Shown piece after piece: positions 32,558-43,214 of a stretch of 64,000 bases of DNA. The DNA is taken from positions 64,056 through 128,055 of the forward strand of contig LNBX01000026.1 in the NCBI GenBank assembly GCA_001567275.1, written 5' to 3'. The translations under genes and the position numbers were made by a program. The stretch comes from Bacteroidetes bacterium OLB10 (lineage in GTDB: Bacteria > Bacteroidota > Bacteroidia > AKYH767-A > OLB10). A model generated the notes under the pieces. The model did no database searches. It had not been told where the DNA came from and saw only the letters and a program-made list of their open reading frames with translations. Every line of letters starts with the position of its first letter. Within the stretch, counting starts at the first letter, position 1.

Positions 32558-33655
32558 TTACCTGATAACAATTTTTTTCACCACCTTGCCCTCTTGAGAT
32601 GAAAGTGTGAGTGAATAGATACCTGCAGCCCATTGCCGCGCAGGAATTTGTTTAAGATGATGTCCTGCATTCATTGTAAAGTTATCCTGATAAACTACTG
32701 CACCTAATACATCTGTAACTGTCAGATTCAACTCCTGCGATTTGCTGCTGTTTATTTCAACGTTGATATAATCAGTAGCAGGGTTGGGCATTATCTGCAC
32801 CGAAGTGTTTGCCGACAACTGAGCAATGCCTACATTGTTGCGCACTGAGTCGCGATAAGCAATGTCAGTTACCACTTCAAGTCCTGTCATATCCATAGTG
32901 GTGATTTGCAGCAATGGTATGAGTTGATTTTGCCCGAACCATTTGTATTCTGTAACCACAGCACGGTCCATACCATAACCAAAACCGAGTGTATCGGCAT
33001 AGAGTGAATCATGTGCAGCCAATACTGTGCGAATACGCAAAGCACTGAATGCGCCATAAGGTGTGATAAGTGTTCCCCAACCATCAACATGGTTCACGCG
33101 TTTTTGAGTGAAGCCATAGTAGCCCAGATTAGGAATGCTGATATCCCATGCTGCATTGCAGGAGTCGGCATTGTTGTAATCAACAGGAAATGTGTAAAGA
33201 ATATCTTTACTTGAATAAGCAATAGGAGTTTGCAATCCGCTGATGGTGATGCCTAATCCCTGCTGGCGATAGTCGGATGAGCTTTTGTAATAAAAGCTGT
33301 AAGGATCGCTCAGTGTAATCGGCAGGTTTGGAATATTCGGAATATCACCTCCTGAAACTGCAATGTTGGAGCGGTTGCTGTTGAAACCTACATTGGCATA
33401 GTAAAGAGAATAAGTTCCCCCTGTGCTTCCCACACTGAGAAAAGATGCAGTATCCTGACTTGTAGGAACGAGCGAACTGTAGTCCCAGGTTTGGTTGGCA
33501 CCGGTAGTGGTAATGTCAACAGGAGTATTCACATCGGCATGGCTGACAACAATATCGTCACCGGCACCTGCAAAATCATTTTGTGTAAGAGTAATTTGCG
33601 CTTTACTACCTGCGCAGGCAAAGCAAAGCGCTGCAATCATGTAAAGATGTTTCAT
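32558..33655 (-). CDS. secreted protein with Por/T9SS C-terminal sorting domain
   Basis: Signal peptide; C-terminus …IMPNPATDYINVEIN…GIYSLTLSSQEGKVVKKIVIR matches a T9SS type A CTD. Confidence 0.7.
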   Translation of the reverse strand: MKHLYMIAALCFACAGSKAQITLTQNDFAGAGDDIVVSHADVNTPVDITTTGANQTWDYSSLVPTSQDTASFLSVGSTGGTYSLYYANVGFNSNRSNIAVSGGDIPNIPNLPITLSDPYSFYYKSSSDYRQQGLGITISGLQTPIAYSSKDILYTFPVDYNNADSCNAAWDISIPNLGYYGFTQKRVNHVDGWGTLITPYGAFSALRIRTVLAAHDSLYADTLGFGYGMDRAVVTEYKWFGQNQLIPLLQITTMDMTGLEVVTDIAYRDSVRNNVGIAQLSANTSVQIMPNPATDYINVEINSSKSQELNLTVTDVLGAVVYQDNFTMNAGHHLKQIPARQWAAGIYSLTLSSQEGKVVKKIVIR

Positions 33656-33695
33656 TATGTGTTTCGTTATATTAGCGTGTCAAAAATAAATTTTA

Positions 33696-34859
33696 TCATC
33701 CATGTTCAATCCATGATTTATAATAATCAGGGATATTAATTCTCAATGCTTCTTCCGTAAGCCACAACGGTTTGAAGGTGTCAATCATCACTGCAAGTTC
33801 CTTAGTTTCTTTAGCTCCAAGTGATTTTTCTACCAGTCCGGGATGCGGGCCATGAGGAATACCTCCGGGATGCAAAGTAATCTGACCTTTAGTCACATTT
33901 TTGCGGCTCATGAAATTTCCATCCACATAGTAAAGCACTTCATCCGAATCAATATTGGAATGATTGTAGGGGACAGGAATAGATAAAGGATGATAATCGT
34001 ACATGCGCGGCACAAACGAACACACTACAAAGTTATGGCCTTCGAAGGTCTGATGTATAGGTGGCGGCAGGTGAATTCGTCCGGTGATAGGTTCAAAATC
34101 GTGAATTGAAAAAATATAAGGATAGCAGAAACCATCCCAGCCAATGGCATCAAAAGGATGTGTGGCATAGATAAAAGGATAAACAATGTTTTCCTTCTTT
34201 ATCATCACGGTAAACTCACCGGTTTCATCATGTGTTTGCAGGTTTTGCGGTTTGCGGAAATCGCGTTCGCAGTAGGGGCTGTGTTCTTCAAACTGACCAA
34301 ACTCGTTGCGGTAGCGTTTAGGTGTTTGAATAGCACTGAAAGAGTCAACTACCAGCAAACGGTTTTCAGGAGTGTTGAAGTGCAACTGAAAAATTGTGCC
34401 TCTCGGGATAACGATATAATCACCATAGCCAAAATCCATACTGCCATAGATGGAATGAAACGTTCCGCTTCCTTCGTGAATAAAAATCAATTCATCAGCA
34501 TCGGCATTTTTCAAAAAATAATCGGTAGTGGATTTGCGTGGTGCAGCCAGCGAAATATGCAAATCGTTATTTACGAGAACTGGTTTTTTACTTTTGATAT
34601 AATCATCTTCGGGTTCCACTTTAAATCCCTGAAAACTCTGATGCAACAAAGAGCGCTTCATAGCTATTTTAGGTTCGCGTGAAAAAGGTTCACCGGCACT
34701 CTTAATCATTGTTGGCGGATGACAATGATAAATCAATGAATAAACATTGCTGAAGCCATGCGTTGAAAACAACTCTTCGGCATAAAGACTGCCATCGGGT
34801 TTACGCATCTGGGTATGACGTTTATGAGGTATTTTTCCGAGTGAATGATAATGTGACAT
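33696..34859 (-). CDS. hmgA: homogentisate 1,2-dioxygenase
   Basis: YHSLGKIPHKRHTQ…KPDGSLYAEELF N-terminus and cupin core. The internal Met is chosen as start, giving 388 aa. Confidence 0.85.
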   Translation of the reverse strand: MSHYHSLGKIPHKRHTQMRKPDGSLYAEELFSTHGFSNVYSLIYHCHPPTMIKSAGEPFSREPKIAMKRSLLHQSFQGFKVEPEDDYIKSKKPVLVNNDLHISLAAPRKSTTDYFLKNADADELIFIHEGSGTFHSIYGSMDFGYGDYIVIPRGTIFQLHFNTPENRLLVVDSFSAIQTPKRYRNEFGQFEEHSPYCERDFRKPQNLQTHDETGEFTVMIKKENIVYPFIYATHPFDAIGWDGFCYPYIFSIHDFEPITGRIHLPPPIHQTFEGHNFVVCSFVPRMYDYHPLSIPVPYNHSNIDSDEVLYYVDGNFMSRKNVTKGQITLHPGGIPHGPHPGLVEKSLGAKETKELAVMIDTFKPLWLTEEALRINIPDYYKSWIEHG

Positions 34860-35001
34860 TGTATAATAATTAAAGCACAAATTTAGTTTTATTTTTCTGA
34901 CAGTGAAAGGATACTGAATATTATGCATGCTGCAACAAGGGTTTGCTATTTTGATTCAAATAACTATTTTTGAGCGCTGAGACATAAAACCATAAAAGCA
35001 A

Positions 35002-35184
35002 ATGAGTAATTCTAAACGATTAGTCAAAGGCGAGAAAAAAATTTTTGGAGTATGCAGCGGACTCGCCAATTATTTTGACACCGACCCTACACTTATCCGC
35101 GTAATTTTTCTGATAGCCTTACTTGGCTTCGGAACAGGGCTGTTGCTATATATAGTATTAGCGATTGTTATGCCTGATAATTAA
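35002..35184 (+). CDS. PspC domain-containing small membrane protein
   Basis: KKIFGVCSGLANYF…DPTLIRVIF is the PspC signature; 60 aa. Confidence 0.75.
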   Translation: MSNSKRLVKGEKKIFGVCSGLANYFDTDPTLIRVIFLIALLGFGTGLLLYIVLAIVMPDN

Positions 35185-35362
35185 GCCATTTTGCTGATAA
35201 TTGCTTTTGTAAGACACTTAAATTGAATATTATTACGTTTCAAAAATTAATTCAAGAGGTGGCAATTCATGAGTTTTTCTTATACTTGCCCACCATTTTT
35301 TATGGAAAACACAAATTAAAATCAAATAAATAATAAATTTAAAACTTAAATTTTAAACGAAC

Positions 35363-36166
35363 ATGAGTTCATCAGGTAAATCAGGCGGTGGCTTCAAGTC
35401 CATCTTTGCAGCAATAGTTATTCCTGTTGCTTTATTAATTGCAATCGGCATTTACGTAATTATTTTGGGTAATCCGGCCAACTTTTTGGAAAACAATCCG
35501 GCAAATAACCCAAGCAACTATTTGGGAACAATTCACAAAGGAGGTGTCATCGTACCTATTCTTATGTGTTTGCTCATTGTTGTAATTACTTTTTCAATTG
35601 AGCGATTTATTACCATCAGCAGCTCAAAAGGTTCAGGATCTATCGAAGGATTTATCTCAAGACTACGCAGCAGCCTTGCCAAAGGTGATATTAATGCTGC
35701 AAATGCTGAGTGCGAAAAACAAAAAGGTTCAATTGCCAACGTTGTTAAAGCAGGTTTAAGAGCATACCGTCAGATGGAAAGTGATACAGCACTGGATAAA
35801 GAGCGTAAAATTGCAGCTATTCAGAAAGAACTGGAAGAAGCAACTACGCTTGAACTTCCTATGCTTTCAAAAAACCTGATGATTATATCTACCATTGCAT
35901 CCATTGCAACTTTGATGGGACTGCTCGGAACGGTAATCGGAATGATCAGGGCGTTTGCTGCCTTAGCGCAGGCAGGTGCTCCTGATGCAGTTGCTTTGTC
36001 AACCGGTATTTCTGAAGCACTTATTAATACCGCGCTCGGAATCGGCACATCAGCTATTGCAATTGTGATGTATAATTTCTTTACCAATAAAATTGATTCA
36101 TTGACTTACGGAATTGATGAAGCAGGTTACAGTATTGTTCAAACCTTTACTGCAAACACTAAATAA
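35363..36166 (+). CDS. exbB: MotA/TolQ/ExbB proton channel family protein
   Basis: Three-TM ExbB topology with the conserved C-terminal TM pair; 267 aa. Confidence 0.8.
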   Translation: MSSSGKSGGGFKSIFAAIVIPVALLIAIGIYVIILGNPANFLENNPANNPSNYLGTIHKGGVIVPILMCLLIVVITFSIERFITISSSKGSGSIEGFISRLRSSLAKGDINAANAECEKQKGSIANVVKAGLRAYRQMESDTALDKERKIAAIQKELEEATTLELPMLSKNLMIISTIASIATLMGLLGTVIGMIRAFAALAQAGAPDAVALSTGISEALINTALGIGTSAIAIVMYNFFTNKIDSLTYGIDEAGYSIVQTFTANTK

Positions 36167-36199
36167 TTCAAAAGTTAAAGAACACTAAAGCATTCGCTG

Positions 36200-36847
36200 A
36201 TGCCAAAAATTAAAGTTCCAAAGAAGAGTCCTTCATTAGACATGACACCGATGGTGGATCTGGCCTTTTTGCTGGTAACATTTTTTATGTTGACCACCAA
36301 ATTCAGACCGGAAGAACCCGTTGTGGTGGATATGCCTTCTTCGGTATCGTCAAAAATATTACCTGAAAATACTTTGACGATAACGGTTGATTCGGCAGGA
36401 AGGGCATTCTTTAATATAGACGGACAAAGTGTAAGAAGAAATCTGCTGACACGCATCGGAGAGAAATATAAAATTCAGTTTACGGAAGATGAGCTGAAAA
36501 AATTCTCTGTGATGTCAACCATAGGAATGCCGGCAGATAAACTGAAGGCTTACCTTGACGCACCTGACTCCGAACGTAAAAAAATGGATAAGGCTACGGG
36601 AGGTATTCCGATAGATACGCTCAACAATCAACTTGCCGACTGGATAGTTTACGGTTGGACAGCTGCCATCTCTGACGAGGCTTATGCCAAGAAAAAAGAA
36701 TCAGGGAATGAGTTGCGTTTTGCCATTAAAGGTGATGGCGGAGTTGATTACACCTACATTAAACGGATAATTGAAATATTTCAACAAAATAAAGTCAACC
36801 GTTTTAATCTGATAACAAATTTACAGGCAACACCAACAACAGAATAA
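36200..36847 (+). CDS. exbD: ExbD/TolR biopolymer transport protein
   Basis: DMTPMVDLAFLLVTFFML motif; 215 aa. Confidence 0.8.
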   Translation: MPKIKVPKKSPSLDMTPMVDLAFLLVTFFMLTTKFRPEEPVVVDMPSSVSSKILPENTLTITVDSAGRAFFNIDGQSVRRNLLTRIGEKYKIQFTEDELKKFSVMSTIGMPADKLKAYLDAPDSERKKMDKATGGIPIDTLNNQLADWIVYGWTAAISDEAYAKKKESGNELRFAIKGDGGVDYTYIKRIIEIFQQNKVNRFNLITNLQATPTTE

Positions 36848-36859
36848 AACAAAAAGGAA

Positions 36860-37468
36860 ATGGCTGAAGTAAATACAGACCAGGGTGGTAGTGCCAAAGG
36901 CGGCAAGCATGGAAAAGTGCGTGCAAAAAAAGCCTCTACCCATATTGATATGACACCGATGGTGGATCTGGCATTTTTGCTGCTCACCTTTTTTATGCTT
37001 ACCACAACTTTCAGTAAGCCAAAAACGATTGAGATAAACATGCCGGTGAAAGATGGTGAACCTACCAAGGTAAACAATGCAGTAACAATACTTTTGAGTG
37101 ATAAGGACAGGGTGTTTTGGTATTACGGAGAATTTAAACCCGGAGAAACACAACTTATAAAATCTGATTTCTCGGATAATGGAATCCGCAAAGTATTGTT
37201 AGATAAAAATGCAGTAGCTCACGCAGAAGTGATGAAGTTGGAAGAGCAGTTGGCGAAAAGACAAATTGCCGATTCTACTTTTAAGCGACTCTCAGTTGAA
37301 GCCAAGTCTCAGAAAAGCGCTCTGATGGTGCTGATAAAAACTGACGACAAGGCAAAATACAGAAATGTGATTGATATACTTGATGAATTGAGCATTGCCA
37401 GCGTTGGCAAATATGCAATCGTAGATATCATGAAAGATGAATATGATTTAATGCAAAACGCAAATTAA
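36860..37468 (+). CDS. exbD: ExbD/TolR biopolymer transport protein (second paralogue)
   Basis: DMTPMVDLAFLLLTFFML motif; 202 aa. Confidence 0.8.
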   Translation: MAEVNTDQGGSAKGGKHGKVRAKKASTHIDMTPMVDLAFLLLTFFMLTTTFSKPKTIEINMPVKDGEPTKVNNAVTILLSDKDRVFWYYGEFKPGETQLIKSDFSDNGIRKVLLDKNAVAHAEVMKLEEQLAKRQIADSTFKRLSVEAKSQKSALMVLIKTDDKAKYRNVIDILDELSIASVGKYAIVDIMKDEYDLMQNAN

Positions 37469-37469
37469 C

Positions 37470-38276
37470 ATGGCAACAAATTTTTTAACAGGCTGGGACG
37501 ACCCGACATACGATGCACGTAATGAGATTGTATTTGACGGGCGAAACAAAGAATATGGCGCCTATCTGCTGAGAAAATTATACAGCAAACGTGTTAACAT
37601 TGCTTTTATAATTGCAGCAGCAGGAATTGCTTTTTTCGTGAGTCTTCCACTTATTCTGGAACTCATGGGAAACAAAAACACCGAAGCAGTTCATCAGCAG
37701 GAAGTGGAAGTTACTCTGACAGAACCACCACCTGTTGACCCTGCAGAACCACCACCACCTCCTCCTCCTCCACCTCCTCCTGTGGTACAAACTATCAAAT
37801 TTACACCTCCTGTAGTAGTTGACAAACCGGTAGAGGAAGAACAACCACCTCCACAGGAAAAATTATCAGAAACCAATGTGGGTGTTACAACTCAGGAAGG
37901 TGATCCCAATGCAACTGAATTACCTCCTGAACCGGTAGTGGCCGATCCTAACGAAGGTAAAGTATTTACTATCGTTGAAGAAATGCCTCAGTTTCCGGGC
38001 GGTGGCGAAGCAGCATTGATAAAATATCTGCAAAGCAACATCAAGTATCCGGCAATGGCACGTGAGAATGGTATTGAAGGTATTGTGTATGTAACCTTTG
38101 TGGTTGACAAAGACGGCAAGGTGAAGGATGCAAAAATATTGCGTGGCAAAGGTGCAGGACTGGATGAAGAGGCATTGCGTGTGGTACGCTCTATGCCCGA
38201 CTGGAAACCCGGAAAACAAAATGGTCGTGCAGTAGCGGTTCAATACAACCTTCCGGTTAATTTCAAACTGCAATAA
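37470..38276 (+). CDS. tonB: energy transducer TonB with long Pro-rich spacer
   Basis: N-terminal TM, a run EPPPPPPPPPPPPV, and a C-terminal TonB domain (…GIEGIVYVTFVVDKDGKV…); 268 aa. Confidence 0.75.
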   Translation: MATNFLTGWDDPTYDARNEIVFDGRNKEYGAYLLRKLYSKRVNIAFIIAAAGIAFFVSLPLILELMGNKNTEAVHQQEVEVTLTEPPPVDPAEPPPPPPPPPPPVVQTIKFTPPVVVDKPVEEEQPPPQEKLSETNVGVTTQEGDPNATELPPEPVVADPNEGKVFTIVEEMPQFPGGGEAALIKYLQSNIKYPAMARENGIEGIVYVTFVVDKDGKVKDAKILRGKGAGLDEEALRVVRSMPDWKPGKQNGRAVAVQYNLPVNFKLQ

Positions 38277-38322
38277 AAATCTGCTCATTAGCTGATGAGC
38301 AAACTGTATTTTTATTTTAATG

Positions 38323-38362
38323 TGCTCATGATTGCCATCTATGCTATCATGAGCATTTTTTG
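38323..38362 (+). terminator. rho-independent terminator after tonB
   Basis: TGCTCATGA/TCATGAGCA 9-bp stem followed by T6. A weaker hairpin with the same arm sequence sits at 38282-38301. Confidence 0.55.
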
Positions 38363-38480
38363 ATATTTGCAACTCAAATTGAGTTACTTCCTCAGCCACA
38401 ACAAAAGTGGCTGGGAGGTGTTTTATTGATATATGCAGTTTACAGAACTGTAGTTTTATACAAAAGAAAAAATATTAAGG

Positions 38481-39518
38481 GTGAAGAATAATCTGTTTCA
38501 CAAAGTTGACATCAAACCGTTTGCATTAGCATTATTCATTGTTTTGAGTATGGGTTGTGGTGATGCCTTGAAACCTGATTTGAGTGATACACCTACTTCG
38601 GGAAATCTGAATGTGAGTGCTGACGAAAGTTTTGCTCCTTTGATGACTGCTGAGGCAGAAACTTTTATGGCTCTGTATAATAATGCAAAAATCAATATGC
38701 ATTATAAAACAGAAACCGAAGCCATCAACGATCTTCTGAATGACTCGGTGAAAGTGATTATTTCAGGTAAAGACATTACTCCTGAACAGGAGAATTATTT
38801 CAAAGAGAAAAAAGTGAGGGCACGCTCTGTTAAAGTTGCAATAGATGCGCTTGCCCTCATCACGGGACGTGACAATCCTGATTCACTGATTACGATGACT
38901 CAGATTAAAGAAATTTTTCACGGAAAAACCACTAACTGGAATCAGATATCTTCCAATAATAAAAGTGGCGACATTGCTGTTGTGTTCGATCGTTCGGGTT
39001 CGAGTAATGTGCGTTACCTGAAAGAAAAATTTCTTCCTGAAGGTCAATTCCCTGCTAATTGTTTTGCGCTCAATTCCAACAGAGAAGTGATGGAGTATGT
39101 AAAGAATAAACCCAATGCTATAGGAATCATAGGCGTGGGTTGGATCAGCGACAGTAATGATACCACAGCCATGAGTTTCTTAAATGATATCAGAGTGATG
39201 TCTGTAAAAAACGAAGAGTCATCAGAATATACAGATTACTACAAACCATTTCAGGCATACATAGCATTGAAACAGTATCCGCTTACGCGAGATGTATTTT
39301 TGATTAACAGAGAGTCGAGAAACGGACTTGGCACCGGCTTTGCATCTTTTGTAGCAGGTGATCAGGGGCAGCGATTAGTTAGGTTAAAAGGATTGTTGCC
39401 TGCAACGATGCCCGTAAGAATAGTTAAACCGGAAATTGAAATTTTAAATAGTGAAATTAAAAGAGATGAAAAAAAAGTTGTTTTTATTTGGTGCAATGGG
39501 ATTAACGTTGTCAGTTAA
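38481..39518 (+). CDS. PstS-family (phosphate-binding-protein-like) periplasmic lipoprotein
   Basis: Signal peptide with Cys; PBP-like fold motifs (…SGSSNVRYL…); conserved position after tonB in Bacteroidota. Confidence 0.55.
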   Translation: MKNNLFHKVDIKPFALALFIVLSMGCGDALKPDLSDTPTSGNLNVSADESFAPLMTAEAETFMALYNNAKINMHYKTETEAINDLLNDSVKVIISGKDITPEQENYFKEKKVRARSVKVAIDALALITGRDNPDSLITMTQIKEIFHGKTTNWNQISSNNKSGDIAVVFDRSGSSNVRYLKEKFLPEGQFPANCFALNSNREVMEYVKNKPNAIGIIGVGWISDSNDTTAMSFLNDIRVMSVKNEESSEYTDYYKPFQAYIALKQYPLTRDVFLINRESRNGLGTGFASFVAGDQGQRLVRLKGLLPATMPVRIVKPEIEILNSEIKRDEKKVVFIWCNGINVVS

Positions 39519-41055
39519 TGGTCAAACACTCAAAGATGCGCTTACGCTTACCGACAATGAACAATATGAGTTTGCACAGGATGCCTACAAAAGTTTGTTG
39601 CAGAAAGAACCCAATAACGGTACTTACTGGTTTTATCTGGGAGAAAATTACTGGAAAAGCGACAAGCAGGACTCTGCAAGTTATGCTTATGAAAAAGGTT
39701 TGCAGGTGGAGCCATCCAACCCTATTAACTATGTAGGAACAGGAAAAGTAAAATTAGAGAAAGGCCTTAATGCGGATGCAAGAAAAGATTTTGATAAAGC
39801 ACTTACCATGTCAGGCCCTAAAACATCTCTTACACAAAGTAAGGTTGCCGAAAGTTTTATTCATACCAAGAATAAAGATTTAAGTTATGCCATCAAACTG
39901 CTGAATAATGCCATTGCAGTAGATAAGAAAAATCCTGAGCTGTACATTGATTTGGGTGATGCTTATGCCGAACAAAACAATGGTTCTCTGGCTGCAGAGA
40001 ATTACAACAAAGCTTTGGATTTTGATAAAGCTTCAGTTAAAGCTATTGTGAGAAAAGGTCAACTTTACAAACGTTCGACAAATTATGAGGGTGCCGCTGC
40101 AGAATTTAATTCAGCAATAAAAATGAATCCTGATTATGCACCCGCTTATCGTGAACTTGCTGAAGCTGATTTTAAGATGCGTAAACTGGAAGATGCCAAA
40201 GCTTCTTATAAAAAATATCTGGAGCTGAGTAAGAACAACACTACTGCCAGAATGCGATATGCTTCCTTCCTGTTTATGAGTGGCGACTATGCCGATGCAC
40301 AAACTGAAATTGATCAGATTTCTAAACTTGATTCTTCTAATATTGGCATGCTGCGTTTATCAGCATATACAGCATACGAAACCAACGACCTTCCAAAAGC
40401 AAAAATGCTTATTGATAAAGTGTTTAATAACACTATAGAAAGTCAGCGCACTACAATGGATTATGAATACAATGGTAAAATTTTATTGAAAGAAGGCAAT
40501 GATTCATTAGCTGCTGAGAATTTTGAAAAATCATATCAACTGGATACAGCACGTGCCGATGTGTTGTCGGATCTTGGAGGTATGTACATGAAACTGAAAA
40601 AATTTCCGGAAGCGGTAAGTGCGTATGAACGAAGAGTAGATAATGGCAGAGGATTAAAATCAACAGACTATTTCAATCTGGCACGCGCTTATTACTTCAA
40701 CAAAGATTTTGTACATGCCGATACCATGTTTGCCAAGGTGGTTGAGTTATTACCCACATGGCCCAACGGTATTTTGTGGCGGGCACAAACCAATGCACAG
40801 CTGGATCCTGATTCAAAAGAAGGAAAAGCAAAACCATATTATGAACAATACATCACTGTGGCTTCAGCAGATACTGCCAATGCCGACAAGTACAAAAGCG
40901 GACTTATTGAATCTTATAAATATCTGGGAGGTTATTATTATCTGATTGATAAAAATACTGAGTTGAGCAAAAGCTACTGGCGAAAAGTGCTTGACCTCGC
41001 TCCGGATGATAAACAAGCACGGCAGGTGATGGAAGGTTTGAATCAGAAAAAATAA
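39466..41055 (+). CDS. tetratricopeptide repeat protein (secreted)
   Basis: Signal peptide MKKKLFLFGAMGLTLSVNG followed by multiple TPR units. Start placed at the MKKKLF methionine. Confidence 0.7.
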   Translation: MKKKLFLFGAMGLTLSVNGQTLKDALTLTDNEQYEFAQDAYKSLLQKEPNNGTYWFYLGENYWKSDKQDSASYAYEKGLQVEPSNPINYVGTGKVKLEKGLNADARKDFDKALTMSGPKTSLTQSKVAESFIHTKNKDLSYAIKLLNNAIAVDKKNPELYIDLGDAYAEQNNGSLAAENYNKALDFDKASVKAIVRKGQLYKRSTNYEGAAAEFNSAIKMNPDYAPAYRELAEADFKMRKLEDAKASYKKYLELSKNNTTARMRYASFLFMSGDYADAQTEIDQISKLDSSNIGMLRLSAYTAYETNDLPKAKMLIDKVFNNTIESQRTTMDYEYNGKILLKEGNDSLAAENFEKSYQLDTARADVLSDLGGMYMKLKKFPEAVSAYERRVDNGRGLKSTDYFNLARAYYFNKDFVHADTMFAKVVELLPTWPNGILWRAQTNAQLDPDSKEGKAKPYYEQYITVASADTANADKYKSGLIESYKYLGGYYYLIDKNTELSKSYWRKVLDLAPDDKQARQVMEGLNQKK

Positions 41056-41068
41056 CACTGAAGTAAAT

Positions 41069-41101
41069 AAAAAAAGCCCGGATGAACCGGGCTTTTTTTA
41101 T
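41069..41101. terminator. bidirectional rho-independent terminator
   Basis: AGCCCGG-ATGAA-CCGGGCT hairpin with A-run upstream and T-run downstream, between convergent genes. Confidence 0.65.
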
Positions 41102-43053
41102 TTGGCTACCATAAATTTTCCATTGTAGGTCTGATGATAGGTACTAATTTCAAAAAAATACATTCCGGGTTTCAATTTTGGGTTCACTGAAATAATCTTG
41201 CTTTCGTCAGCAGCAATATTTTTTTGCTCAAAAACACATGCTCCTAAAACATTTCTTATTAATAGAGATTTGATGTTGCCTGAGTTAATTTTAAAATTGA
41301 TGACGGATGAAGCAGGATTGGGATAAACATCAATTGCATCACCATTATTCAACTCTTCCAGTGATACCGGTGATGGGCGCAGATAAATATGTTTTTTGCC
41401 TTCAATACTGTCGCCCACATTATTTTTTACAACCAGTCGCAGTAAATAATCACCCGACTGCAATCCGTTGGTATTCCAGTAAGCAAGGTTTCCATTATGC
41501 ACTTCGTTTACAGAATCTGTAACGATGGCATGCCACACTGTATCACCAAATAGCTGATACGTCAAACTGTAACTCTGAAAATCCATCCAGTTTCCCAAAG
41601 GCCCCTGATCAATCCACGCATCACCAGTTATAGCAAACAATGACTGAACATAATTGGTATCAGGTGATGCAATATTCTGTAGCCATGCCACAGCACCATC
41701 ATAAGGTATGGGATCCATCTGCAAATTATTCTGCACACAAATCATCACGCTGTTGCCAATTGCCTGTGGCATCATAAACGGAACCCAACTGTAGGCAAGC
41801 AAAAAAATTCCATTACGTTCACTGCGCGGAAGGGTGTAAACAGTGACTCCTGTTGCAAAAACAAATGTAGTATCGGTAGCCCAGAAATATCCTCCACTGC
41901 CATCTAAAAGAAAATTGGAAGTAATAGCCGAAGATGTTTGCTGACATCCAACTTCGCCTAACTGACAACTGTCAATAAAAATTTGTGATGAATCAAAAAC
42001 ATATAAACTCCATGTTTGCACATACGAATTGATGAGATGCAGATTCCGGTCGGAAAGTGGTGTGACATAATTGGTATAAGAAGAATTATTGAAGATACCT
42101 GTTGCAAGAGCAGTATCACCTCTCTGAAACCAAACACCAATGGTTCGCAATGTAGAATTCGTAAGTGTAACGTCAGAGCCGTTTACAGGCATAATGCCCC
42201 ACCATACCGTGTGACAAGAATCTACATCAACTGAATAATTTATTCCATTTACTCCTGCAACAGTATTGTTGAACGAATAATTATAAACCGTATCGCCCGG
42301 AGGGTAAGAATAATTGATAACTGAACTGTCAGGAAAATTATACCACAGCAGCAGCGTATCACAGTTGGTAAACGTTGCCTGACTTTCCGACATGAGAATG
42401 TATTCACCTGTGAGGTTGCATTGATTGATTTGCAGTGATGATGCTCCCCATAAACCACACGTGGTAAAATCATTCTGATGGATGTTATTCATCACAACAT
42501 TTGCCGAATCGCCTACCACCAGATTGTGCGACATACCGCTGTAATTGAAACTGCAGTGATTAAACTCTCCTGTTGCATTTTGAATAAACATTAAAGCACG
42601 CTGATAAAAATATTCCTGAGGAAAAAAGAAATCACTTGAATCGGCCAACAGCTTGCCATTGCCCACCACATACACATCGCCTGTATCAATTACCTGTGCA
42701 TTTTTAAAAATAAGTACTCCGTCATTCATCACAAATATCAGTCCTGTATGTGTGAAGGCACCTGTGATTACAAGCGTATCGTTTGGCACTGCTCCCACTA
42801 CAATGGTATCAGCAGAAGCAATAGTATTGTTGCCTGAGAATGTATATTTCAGATGATCGTATTTATTGAGTATCTGAAAAGGGTGGCTACGCTCATCTGT
42901 TTTTTTGTTGTTTAAATGGTTGATTTCGGTATTAAATTTTTTAACGTCATGGAATTGCTCCAGCAGGGAGTTAATTTTTTGTTGCGGAATTGCGCGTTGT
43001 GCATGCAAACTGCCGGTTATGAATATCATGCACAATAACCATTGTATTCTCAT
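41098..43053 (-). CDS. secreted protein with T9SS C-terminal sorting domain (beta-helix-like body)
   Basis: Signal peptide; C-terminus …VYPNPASSVINFKIN…GMYFFEISTYHQTYNGKFMVAK matches a T9SS CTD; 651 aa. Confidence 0.65.
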   Translation of the reverse strand: MRIQWLLCMIFITGSLHAQRAIPQQKINSLLEQFHDVKKFNTEINHLNNKKTDERSHPFQILNKYDHLKYTFSGNNTIASADTIVVGAVPNDTLVITGAFTHTGLIFVMNDGVLIFKNAQVIDTGDVYVVGNGKLLADSSDFFFPQEYFYQRALMFIQNATGEFNHCSFNYSGMSHNLVVGDSANVVMNNIHQNDFTTCGLWGASSLQINQCNLTGEYILMSESQATFTNCDTLLLWYNFPDSSVINYSYPPGDTVYNYSFNNTVAGVNGINYSVDVDSCHTVWWGIMPVNGSDVTLTNSTLRTIGVWFQRGDTALATGIFNNSSYTNYVTPLSDRNLHLINSYVQTWSLYVFDSSQIFIDSCQLGEVGCQQTSSAITSNFLLDGSGGYFWATDTTFVFATGVTVYTLPRSERNGIFLLAYSWVPFMMPQAIGNSVMICVQNNLQMDPIPYDGAVAWLQNIASPDTNYVQSLFAITGDAWIDQGPLGNWMDFQSYSLTYQLFGDTVWHAIVTDSVNEVHNGNLAYWNTNGLQSGDYLLRLVVKNNVGDSIEGKKHIYLRPSPVSLEELNNGDAIDVYPNPASSVINFKINSGNIKSLLIRNVLGACVFEQKNIAADESKIISVNPKLKPGMYFFEISTYHQTYNGKFMVAK

Positions 43054-43214
43054 ATTTTCAGATTTTGAATAAAAGTAGTCAGAGAAAGTTCAGATAACGC
43101 AAAAACGTTCAATTGTTTTTTCACATCCCTCAAAAGAATTCATTGAATAATTGTTTTTAACGACTATTCACTTTCTGCAATTGTGTTTAAACATGCTGCT
43201 TCACACATTCAGTC

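Noticed and set aside
37578-37876. Minus-strand ORFs of 88 and 60 aa (Gly/Arg/Trp-rich) inside tonB
   Set aside because: Antisense reading of the proline-codon repeat gives poly-Gly/Arg tracts; there is no independent support, so these are artefacts of low-complexity sequence.
39451-39518. Possible PstS-TPR fusion created by the A8 run at 39467-39474
   Set aside because: The TPR ORF has its own canonical signal peptide (MKKKLFLFGAMGLTLSVNG) immediately after the run, so separate genes with a 53-bp overlap are the more plausible reading.
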